Of a stretch of DNA of 64,000 nucleotides, positions 12,495 to 22,700 are shown piece after piece. Numbering within the stretch: position 1 is the stretch's first letter; the number at the start of each line of letters is the position of its first letter. The position numbers and the translations under genes are program-made. Origin of the DNA: Macrostomum lignano (Eukaryota). The notes under the pieces were generated by a model. That model was given only the letters and a program-made list of their open reading frames with translations, searched no databases and had not been told where the DNA came from. The stretch lies in NCBI GenBank assembly GCA_002269645.1, contig NIVC01001502.1, positions 62,001 to 126,000 of the forward strand, in the 5' to 3' direction.

Positions 12495-12576
12495 AGTTGG
12501 CAGTGATTATAACCATTCTGCTGTTCACATTCGTAGAAGTTATGCCGACAGCATATTGTTCAGTATGATGCCAACT
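12495..12576 (+). ncRNA. Candidate box C/D snoRNA, paralog a, RPS3 copy 2
   Basis: Near-identical to 5661-5742. Confidence 0.65.
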
Positions 12577-12620
12577 GGAATTGATTTCATAAAATATGAT
12601 TTTGTTGTTTTATATGAGCA

Positions 12621-12706
12621 GCTATGATTAAATTGCATTACTGCTGTTCACATTCGTTAGCCTTAAAGATTTGAGCTATGACGACAGCAACATGCTTTGT
12701 ATGAGC
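12621..12706 (+). ncRNA. Candidate box C/D snoRNA, paralog b, RPS3 copy 2
   Basis: Matches 5787-5872. Confidence 0.6.
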
Positions 12707-13900
12707 AAATAATAGGTTATTCAGTCCCATATCTGATCTCATTGCAGATCCTTTCTCCATTCCCATACTATACCAGATCCCATCTTCAGACCCGATCCCA
12801 GATCCCACCTCCCAGTCCCCATACCCGATCCCAGATCCCACCTCCCAGTCCCCATACCCGATCCCAGATCCCACCTCCCAGTCCCCATACCCGATCCTAT
12901 CTCCAGTCCCATACCCGATCCCAGATCCCATCTCCCAGTCCCATACCCGATCCCAGATCCCATCTCCCAGTCCCATACCCGATCCCAGATCCCATCTCCC
13001 AGTCCCATACCCGATCCCATCTCCAGTCCCATACCCGATCCTATCCCTAGTCCCATACCCGATCCCAGATCCCATCTCCCAGTCCCATACCCGATCCCAT
13101 CTCCAGTCCCATACCCGATCCCATCTCCAGTCCCATACCCGATCCCATCTCCAGTCCCATACCCGATCCCATCTCCAGTCCCATACCCGATCCCATCTAC
13201 AGTCCCATACCCGATCCCATCTCCAGTTCCATACCCGATCCCATCCCTAGTCTTATACCCGATCCCATCTCTAGTCCCATACCCGATCCCATTTCCAATC
13301 TTATACCCGATCCCATCTCCAGTCCCATACCCGATCCCAGATCCCATCTCCCAGTCCCATACCCGATCCCATCTCCAGTCTTATACCCGATCCCATCTCC
13401 AGTCCCATACCCGATCCCATCTCTAGTCCCATACCCGATCCCATCTCCAGTTCCATAACCGATCCCATCTTCAGTTCTATACCCGATCCCATCCCCCAGT
13501 CCCATACCCGATCCCATCTCCAGTCCCATACCCGATCCCATCTCCAGTCCCATACCCGATTCCATCTTCAGTCCCATACCAAATCCCATATTTAGTCCCA
13601 TACCCGATCCCATCTCCAGTGCCATACCCGATCCCATCTTTAGTCCCATCTCCAGTGCCATACCCGATCCCATCTTCAGTCACATACCCGATACCATCTC
13701 CAGTCCCATACCCGGTCCCACCCTCAGTCCCATCCTGAGTCCCACCCTCAGTCTCATCCTGAGTCCCACCCTCAGTCTCATCCTGAGTCCCATCCTCAGT
13801 TCCATCCTCAGTTCCATCCTCAGTCCCATCCTGAGTCCCACCCTCAGTCTCATCCTGAGTCCCACCCTCAGTCTCATCCTAAATCTCCCGTCAATTCCCA

Positions 13901-13982
13901 AGTTGGCAGTGATTATAACCATTCTGCTGTTCACATTCGTAGAAGTTATGCCGACAGCATATTGTTCAGTATGATGCCAACT
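13901..13982 (+). ncRNA. Candidate box C/D snoRNA, paralog a, RPS3 copy 3
   Basis: Near-identical to 5661-5742. Confidence 0.65.
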
Positions 13983-14026
13983 GGAATTGATTTCATAAAA
14001 TATGATTTTGTTGTTTTATATGAGCA

Positions 14027-14112
14027 GCTATGATTAAATTGCATTACTGCTGTTCACATTCGTTAGCCTTAAAGATTTGAGCTATGACGACAGCAACATG
14101 CTTTGTATGAGC
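14027..14112 (+). ncRNA. Candidate box C/D snoRNA, paralog b, RPS3 copy 3
   Basis: Matches 5787-5872. Confidence 0.6.
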
Positions 14113-15145
14113 AAATAATAGGTTATTCAGTCCCATATCTGATCTCATTGCAGATCCTTTCTCCATTCCCATACTATACCAGATCCCATCTTCAGACCCG
14201 ATCCCAGATCCCACCTCCCAGTCCCCATACCCGATCCCAGATCCCACCTCCCAGTCCCCATACCCGATCCCAGATCCCACCTCCCAGTCCCCATACCCGA
14301 TCCTATCTCCAGTCCCATACCCGATCCCAGATCCCATCTCCCAGTCCCATACCCGATCCCAGATCCCATCTCCCAGTCCCATACCCGATCCCATCTCCAG
14401 TCCCATACCCGATCCCATCTCCAGTCCCATACCCGATCCCATCTCCAGTCCCATACCCGATCCCATCTCCAGTCCCATACCCGATCCCATCTACAGTCCC
14501 ATACCCGATCCCATCCCTAGTCTTATACCCGATCCCATCTCTAGTCCCATACCCGATCCCATTTCCAATCTTATACCCGATCCCATCTCCAGTCCCATAC
14601 CCGATCCCAGATCCCATCTCCCAGTCCCATACCCGATCCCATCTCCAGTCTTATACCCGATCCCATCTCCAGTCCCATACCCGATCCCATCTCTAGTCCC
14701 ATACCCGATCCCATCTCCAGTTCCATAACCGATCCCATCCCTAGTCTTATACCCGATCCCATCTCTAGTCCCATACCCGATCCCATCTCCAGTCCCATAC
14801 CCGATTCCATCTTCAGTCCCATACCAAATCCCATATTTAGTCCCATACCCGATCCCATCTCCAGTGCCATACCCGATCCCATCTTTAGTCCCATCTCCAG
14901 TGCCATACCCGATCCCATCTTCAGTCACATACCCGATACCATCTCCAGTCCCATACCCGGTCCCACCCTCAGTCCCATCCTGAGTCCCACCCTCAGTCTC
15001 ATCCTGAGTCCCACCCTCAGTCTCATCCTGAGTCCCATCCTCAGTTCCATCCTCAGTTCCATCCTCAGTCCCATCCTGAGTCCCACCCTCAGTCTCATCC
15101 TGAGTCCCACCCTCAGTCTCATCCTAAATCTCCCGTCAATTCCCA

Positions 15146-15227
15146 AGTTGGCAGTGATTATAACCATTCTGCTGTTCACATTCGTAGAAGTTATGCCGAC
15201 AGCATATTGTTCAGTATGATGCCAACT
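15146..15227 (+). ncRNA. Candidate box C/D snoRNA, paralog a, RPS3 copy 4
   Basis: Near-identical to 5661-5742. Confidence 0.65.
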
Positions 15228-15271
15228 GGAATTGATTTCATAAAATATGATTTTGTTGTTTTATATGAGCA

Positions 15272-15357
15272 GCTATGATTAAATTGCATTACTGCTGTTC
15301 ACATTCGTTAGCCTTAAAGATTTGAGCTATGACGACAGCAACATGCTTTGTATGAGC
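15272..15357 (+). ncRNA. Candidate box C/D snoRNA, paralog b, RPS3 copy 4
   Basis: Matches 5787-5872. Confidence 0.6.
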
Positions 15358-16390
15358 AAATAATAGGTTATTCAGTCCCATATCTGATCTCATTGCAGAT
15401 CCTTTCTCCATTCCCATACTATACCAGATCCCATCTTCAGACCCGATCCCAGATCCCACCTCCCAGTCCCCATACCCGATCCCAGATCCCACCTCCCAGT
15501 CCCCATACCCGATCCCAGATCCCACCTCCCAGTCCCCATACCCGATCCTATCTCCAGTCCCATACCCGATCCCAGATCCCATCTCCCAGTCCCATACCCG
15601 ATCCCAGATCCCATCTCCCAGTCCCATACCCGATCCCATCTCCAGTCCCATACCCGATCCCATCTCCAGTCCCATACCCGATCCCATCTCCAGTCCCATA
15701 CCCGATCCCATCTCCAGTCCCATACCCGATCCCATCTACAGTCCCATACCCGATCCCATCCCTAGTCTTATACCCGATCCCATCTCTAGTCCCATACCCG
15801 ATCCCATTTCCAATCTTATACCCGATCCCATCTCCAGTCCCATACCCGATCCCAGATCCCATCTCCCAGTCCCATACCCGATCCCATCTCCAGTCTTATA
15901 CCCGATCCCATCTCCAGTCCCATACCCGATCCCATCTCTAGTCCCATACCCGATCCCATCTCCAGTTCCATAACCGATCCCATCCCTAGTCTTATACCCG
16001 ATCCCATCTCTAGTCCCATACCCGATCCCATCTCCAGTCCCATACCCGATTCCATCTTCAGTCCCATACCAAATCCCATATTTAGTCCCATACCCGATCC
16101 CATCTCCAGTGCCATACCCGATCCCATCTTTAGTCCCATCTCCAGTGCCATACCCGATCCCATCTTCAGTCACATACCCGATACCATCTCCAGTCCCATA
16201 CCCGGTCCCACCCTCAGTCCCATCCTGAGTCCCACCCTCAGTCTCATCCTGAGTCCCACCCTCAGTCTCATCCTGAGTCCCATCCTCAGTTCCATCCTCA
16301 GTTCCATCCTCAGTCCCATCCTGAGTCCCACCCTCAGTCTCATCCTGAGTCCCACCCTCAGTCTCATCCTAAATCTCCCGTCAATTCCCA

Positions 16391-16472
16391 AGTTGGCAGT
16401 GATTATAACCATTCTGCTGTTCACATTCGTACAAGTTATGCCGACAGCATATTGTTCAGTATGATGCCAACT
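16391..16472 (+). ncRNA. Candidate box C/D snoRNA, paralog a, RPS3 copy 5
   Basis: Matches 5661-5742, including the CGTACAAG variant. Confidence 0.65.
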
Positions 16473-16516
16473 GGAATTGATTTCATAAAATATGATTTTG
16501 TTGTTTTATATGAGCA

Positions 16517-16602
16517 GCTATGATTAAATTGCATTACTGCTGTTCACATTCGTTAGCCTTAAAGATTTGAGCTATGACGACAGCAACATGCTTGGTATGA
16601 GC
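16517..16602 (+). ncRNA. Candidate box C/D snoRNA, paralog b, RPS3 copy 5
   Basis: As 5787-5872 with one substitution before the D-like box; flank diverges afterwards. Confidence 0.6.
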
Positions 16603-16738
16603 ACATCTTAAGTCTCTTATCTGATACCATCTTCAGTTCAGTCCCACCCCCGATCCCAATCTCATCATTCAGTCCTTGACTACAAACATACATGTACTCG
16701 TAAATTCATAAGCCAATAATTTTAAGTTTTAGTACTAA

Positions 16739-16826
16739 TGGCAATGATTTTAACATCTATTGTATATCTGCTGTTCACATTCGTACCAACTTATGACGAC
16801 AGCTATTTAAGAAAAGTATGATGCCA
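16739..16826 (+). ncRNA. Candidate box C/D snoRNA, diverged paralog c
   Basis: Stem TGGCA/TGCCA; ATGATTT at 16744; guide at 16768; CGTA; ATGACGA at 16793; ATGA at 16818. Essentially only the boxes, guide and stem are conserved versus paralogs a and b. Confidence 0.65.
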
Positions 16827-16854
16827 AGACTAAATTAAAAGCAAACATAAGTAC

Positions 16855-17340
16855 TAGATGGCGCCTGATCAATCAGTGTCAGATGGCGCTAGATCAATCA
16901 GTGTCAGATGGCGCCAGATTAATCAGCGTCAGATGGCGCTAGATCAATCCGTATCAGATGGCGCCAGATCAATCAGTGTCAGATGGCGCCAGATCAATCA
17001 GTGTCAGATGGCGCTAGATCAATCAGTGTCAGATGGCGCCAGATTAATCAGCGTCAGATGGCGCTAGATCAATCCGTGTCAGATGGCGCCAGATCAATCA
17101 GTGTCAGATGGCGCCAGATCAATCAGCGTCAGATGGCGCCAGATCAATCAGTGTCAGATGGCGCCAGATCAACAATCAGCGTCAGATGGCGCCAGATCAA
17201 TCAGCGTCAGATGGCGCCAGATCAAACAGCGTCAGATGGCACCAGATCAATCAGTGTCAGATGGCGCCAGATCAACAATCAGCGTCAGATGGCGCCAGAT
17301 CAACAATCAGCGTCAGATGGCGCCAGATCAATCAGCGTCA
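16855..17340. repeat. 25-bp minisatellite (agatggcgccagatcaatcagcgtc)
   Basis: About 19 visible units near the 3' end of RPS3 intron 1. Confidence 0.95.
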
Positions 17341-17442
17341 CCGATTTACCGTCGTGTTGCCCCAAACAGCATAACTAACTTACACTCTACTAGCAGAATC
17401 CAATCCTCTTTACTAAAACAAACTGCCAACCCAACCATGCAG

Positions 17443-17694
17443 GCCGAGTCCCTGCGCTACAAGCTTCTCGGCGGCCTGGCTGTCCGTCGCGCCTGCTACG
17501 GCGTGCTGCGCTTCATTATGGAGTCTGGCGCCAAAGGCGCCGAAGTCATTGTTAGCGGCAAGCTTCGCGGTCAGCGCGCCAAATCGATGAAATTCACCGA
17601 AGGCTTCATGATCCACAGCGGCGAGCCGTCTGTCCGCTTCATTGACCGGTCTGTGCGGCACGTACAGCTCCGGCAGGGTGTACTGGGCATCCAG
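17443..17694 (+). CDS. RPS3: RPS3 exon 2
   Basis: Acceptor ATGCAG|GCC; [51 protein letters not shown]; donor CAG|GTGAGG. Confidence 0.97.
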
Positions 17695-17704
17695 GTGAGG
17701 CTTA

Positions 17705-18345
17705 TTGACTCACTGTATCAGTTATGACTCCTGTATGACTCGTGTATGACTCACTGTATGACTCCTGTATGACTCCTGTATGACTCACTGTATGACTAGC
17801 TATATGATTCACTTTATGACTCACTGTATGACTAGAAATATAATCACTGTATGACTAGCTATATAACTCACCGTATGACTCACTGTATGACTAGCTGTAT
17901 TAATCACTGTATCACTAACTGTATGATCCACTGTATGTTGCGCTGTATGACTCACTGTATTATTCTATCTATGGCTCACTGATATCACTAGCTTTATGAT
18001 CCACATTATGACTCACTGTATGAACCGCTGTACGAATCACTAACTAAATGATTCACTGTATGACTAGCTATATGACTCACACTATGACTTACCGTATAAC
18101 TCACTGTGTGACTAGCTGTATAAATAGCTGTATGACTCACCGTATGACTCACTGTATGACTAGCTGTATTACTCACCGTATGACTCACTGTATTACTCAC
18201 CGTATGACTCACAGTATTATTCTATCTATGGCTCATTGTATGACTAGCTGTATGACTCACAGTATTATTCTATCTATGGCTCACTGTATCACTAGCTTTA
18301 TGATCCACTCTATGACTCACTGTATGAACCGCTGTACGACTCACT
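17705..18345. repeat. Degenerate 12-bp repeat (ctgtatgactca) filling RPS3 intron 2
   Basis: Units visible. Confidence 0.85.
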
Positions 18346-18369
18346 AACTCCAATTTCAATTCCTCTCAG

Positions 18370-18537
18370 GTGAAGATCATGCAGAACTGGGAGGCCCCGG
18401 CCGGAGGCGTCGCGCCCCGCAAGCCCCTGCCGGATCACGTGACCATCGCCGATCCCAAAGAGCAGCCGGTGCCGGCCGAGCCTTATTCGGAGAATAAGCA
18501 GCAGAAGCCTCAGGCTGAGGTCATGGCCGTGGCCTAA
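18370..18537 (+). CDS. RPS3: RPS3 exon 3; 244 aa protein in total
   Basis: Acceptor CTCAG|GTG; VKIMQNWEAPAGGVAPRKPLPDHVTIADPKE, stop TAA at 18535. Not in the ORF track because it is short. Confidence 0.95.
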   Translation: MKIMQNWEAPAGGVAPRKPLPDHVTIADPKEQPVPAEPYSENKQQKPQAEVMAVA

Positions 18538-18727
18538 ACAGCCTGTTGAAGGATTGCGTTGGAGGACCTTTCAATGAATACTATGGTTAAAATTAGTAAA
18601 TTTGCTTGTCTCTGTGAGCAAAGAGACTGAGTGCAGTTGGCGACTGAAAGTTTGTTGGCTTGGAATCTTTGTTTAATAGTTTGTCTTTGTTATTTTATCG
18701 ACTAGTAGGCGTGTCCTATTTTGCTTA

Positions 18728-19725
18728 GTACCCCATTGAGTCCCTTTGATCCCTAGCTGAGTAAATCCCTTTGAATCCCTCTGATCCCTAGCTGAGTAAA
18801 TACCACTGAATCCCTTTGATCCCTAGCTGAGTAAATCCCATTGATCCCTAGCTAAGTACTCGTATATACCACTGAATCCCTTTGATCCCTAGCTGAGTAA
18901 ATCCCATTGATCCCTAGCTAAGTACTCGTATATACCATTGAATCCTTTTGATCCCTAGCTGAGTAACTCCCATTGAGTCCCCTTGATCCCTAGCTGAGTA
19001 AATCCCATTGAGTCCCCTTGATCCCTAGCTGAGTAAATCCCATTGAGTCCCTTTGATCCCTAGCTGAGTAAATCGCATTGAATCCCTTTGATCCCTAGCT
19101 GAGTAAATCCCATTGAGTCCCTTTGATCCCTAGCTGAGTAAATCCCATTGAGTCCCCTTGATCCCTAGCTGAGTAAATCCCATTGAGTCCCTTTGATCCC
19201 TAGCTGAGTAAATCCCTTTGAATCCCTCTGATCCCTAGCTGAGTAAATACCACTGAATCCCTTTGATCCCTAGCTGTGTAAATCCCATTGATCCCTAGCT
19301 AAGTACTCGTATATACCATTGAATCCTTTTGATCCCTAGCTGAGTAACTCCCATTGAGTCCCCTTGATCCCTAGCTGAGTAAATCCCATTGAGTCCCCTT
19401 GATCCCTAGCTGAGTAAATCCCATTGAGTCCCTTTGATCCCTAGCTGAGTAAATCGCATTGAATCCCTTTGATCCCTAGCTGAGTAAATCCCATTGAGTC
19501 CCTTTGATCCCTAGCTGAGTAAATCCCATTGAGTCCCCTTGATCCCTAGCTGAGTAAATCCCATTGAGTCCCTTTGATCCCTAGCTGAGTAAATCGCTTT
19601 GAATCCCTTTGATCCCTAGCTGAGTAAATCGCATTGAATCCCTTTGATCCCTAGCTGAGTAAATCCCTTTGAGTCCCTTTGATCCCTAGCTGAATAACTC
19701 TCTTTAAGTCACTATGCCCCTAGCT
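18728..19725. repeat. 35-bp minisatellite (ccctttgatccctagctgagtaaatcccattgagt)
   Basis: Units visible. Confidence 0.95.
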
Positions 19726-19765
19726 GAGCACAATCATAAATCATAAGCAAATTTCCATATTCCAG

Positions 19766-22700
19766 TTGCGTCCGAGAGCCTCCGGCTACTACAGCTTCTC
19801 GAAGCGGTCCGCCGCCGCTGCCGATGCCGCCGCCGCGGCGACGACCAAATCACCGGCGAGCATCTCAGTCGGCCTGCTGCCCTCTTCGACTGCAGCCAGC
19901 CGGCCAACTTCGTCGGTGCTCACCAGCCGCCAGTTGGCGTCAACAGAGCTATCAGTGTCGGCAAAGAAGTCGCCGTTTCAACGTGGACCGCCCAGTAGGT
20001 GCACCATGCCGCTGCCGCCGAGGCCGCATCAGCAGCAGCAGCAGCAGCCAGTGCTTCGAGACGAGGACGAGCAAACCAGCGTGCTGCGCGCCCTGCGCAT
20101 CATCGAGACCAGGAAACGGCGCTCCCTGGCGCCGCCCAGCATCAACAACGACGATGCAGAAGGCGGCGGGGAAGCAGCCGACATCGCCGAGGACGTCAAT
20201 CCGGACGTGGAGAATCGGGCCGACTTTGAAGACGCGTCGGCGACTTCTTTTTCGACAAAGAAAAAGCGGCGACGTGTCAGCATCGCCGCTGCGACACCCG
20301 CTGCCGCCGCAGCAGCCGCCGCTGCTCTTGACGACATCCTAGGTGATTCGTCTAGTGGCGGCGCCGCCGCGGCAGCCGGACCAACGTCGGAATCTGGCGG
20401 CGGATTAGACGGTGGCAAATTCAAAGCGACGTCGCTGCGCGAAGTGCTCGGCGGCGGGCCAATTCGGCTTCCGGTGGCGCCTAGGCGGATTTTGCCGCCG
20501 CCGCTTCCGGTGACGGAGCCGGCGCAGTCGGAGCAGCGAGATACTTCCGGACCTGCTGCCGCGCCGCTTCAACTAGCGGCAGTTCCGCCCAGTACCGAAC
20601 CAACTGCGACAGTCAACGTCGATGAAGCGATCAATGTCGGTTTGGTTTCGCCTTCGCCGTCAATTGCGTCGACTTCGATATTGTCGGCATCGGCGCGTCG
20701 CAGGCACCACCAGCAGCAGTCGTCAGCTCGGGCCACCGTCTCCGCTCTGGTCGCCAACCTGGAGCGCTCCGGCAGGCGTCGGGATGATGCCGCCGTATCG
20801 GCCAGCGATACCGTCGGCGAGGAATTGTCGTCGACGATGCCGAGCGGCGCCTCACCGATAGACCGACTGGCCGCCGCTCGGCAAGCTCGCGAACGCGACC
20901 GTCAGGCCAGAGCCAGTCGTCGGGAAAGAATTTGTCGCCTGCTTGCGGGAGAATCTGCAGCTGCGGCGAATAATTCGTTGAATAGCAGTCCTAGCACGCC
21001 CGCTGCCGCCGCTGCACCTGTGCTGAACCTTGCCGCTTCGGCAACGCCTTTGGCAGAATTTCGTAAGCCGCATTCTAACACTTCGTCTCTCAACGCTCCC
21101 GTGCTGGGGACCGCTTCTTCTGAAACTCCAACTACTGCTAGTAATATAACAGCTACCAACACTTCATCCGCAGCTGTTAGCTTTGGCCAAACAGTTTCCC
21201 AGACCCTGTCTGCAGCCTCCGTGTCAGTTACAGCAGCCTCGAACACGTCAACTGTAACGGTTTCTAACACTCAGTCTTCCACTGTAACATTTGGTCAGGC
21301 AGCTTCCAACAATCCGTCTGCCGCTGTAACATTTCGTCAGGCAGCTTCCAACACTCCGTCTGCCGCTGTAACATTTGGTCAGGCAGCTTCCAACACTCCG
21401 TCTGCCGCTGTAACATTTGGTCAGGCAGCTTCCAACACTCCGTCTGCCGCTGTAACATTTGGTCAGGCAGCTTCTAACACTCCGTCTGCCGCTGTAACAT
21501 TTGGTCAGGCAGCTTCCAACACTCCGTCTGCCGCTGTAACATTTGGTCAGGCAGCTTCCAACACTCAGTCTGCTGCTGTAACATTTGGTCAGGCAGCTTC
21601 CAACACTCCGTCTGCCGCTGTAACATTTGGTCAGGCAGCTTCCAACACTCAGTCTGCTGCTGTAACATTTGGTCAGGCAGCTTTCAACACTCCGTCTGCT
21701 GCTGTAAAATTTGGTCAGGCAGCTTCCAACACTCCGTCTGCCGCTGTAACATTTGGTCAGGCAGCTTCCAGCACTGCGTCTACTGCTGCATCTGTAGCTC
21801 CAGTGATTAGTCAACCAGCTTTAGGCTCAACTACTGCATCAGGTTTAAACCTGGCTGCTTCAAACTCTTCTTTTAATAATAATGCTTCTGCAAGTTTTAC
21901 AACTACAAGCTTTGGTCAAACTTCTACTACTGCTCCTGTGTTCAGCCAATCAGCTTTGAACACGTCGTCTGCTGCTCCAGCTTTCGGCCAATCAGCTTCT
22001 AATACGTCATCTGCTGCTCCGGTTTTTGGCCAATCAGCTTCTAATACGTCATCTGCTGCTCCAGTTTTTGACCAATCAGCTTCTAACACGTCATCTGTTG
22101 CTCCAGTCTTCGGCGAATCAGGTTCTAATAGGTCATCTGCTGCTCCAGTTTTTGGCCAATCAGCTTCTAACACGTCATCTGTTGCTCCAGTCTTCGGCGA
22201 ATCAGGTTCTAATAGGTCATCTGCTGCTCCAGTCTTTGGCCAATCAAATTGTAATACGTCATCAGCTGGTCCAGTCTTTAGCCAATCAGCTTCTAGTAAG
22301 CCAACGGCTGGTCCAATCTTTGGCCAATCAGCTTCCAACACGTCATCAGCTGGTCCAGTCTTTGGCCAATCAGCTTCTAGTAAGCCAACAGCTGGTCCAA
22401 TCTTTGGCCAATCAGCTTCCAACACGTCATCAGCTGGTCCAATCTTTGGCCAATCAGCTTCTAGTAAGTTAACGACTGGTCCAATCTTTGGCCAATCAGC
22501 TTCCAACGCGTCATCAGCTGGTCCAGTGTTTGGGCAATCAGCTTCAAATGCGTCATCTGCCACTCCGATCTTTGGCCAATCAGCTGCTAACACGTCATCA
22601 AATGGTCCAATCTTTGGCCAATCGGCTTCCAACACGTCATCAGCTGGTCCGGTGTTTGGCCAATCAGCTTCAAATGCGTCATCTGCCGCTACAATTTTCG

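Larger units (their letters stand above)
11075..16376. repeat. Four tandem copies of a composite unit (snoRNA-bearing spacer + 24-bp + 12-bp arrays); periods 1406, 1406, 1245, 1245 bp
   Basis: Anchor CCCGTCAATTCCC at 11075, 12481, 13887, 15132 and 16377, and also at 5647 in the SIAH intron. Confidence 0.9.

Noticed and set aside
5108-16424. Many ORFs such as GDGIGYGT..., MGLEMGSG... and LRMGLRM...
   Set aside because: They are translations of 24-bp and 12-bp intronic minisatellites that stay open in several frames on both strands, inside well-defined introns.
18574-18704. Upstream coding exon supplying a transmembrane segment to the nucleoporin
   Set aside because: The hydrophobic frames lack an ATG or are out of phase with 19766; more likely UTR.
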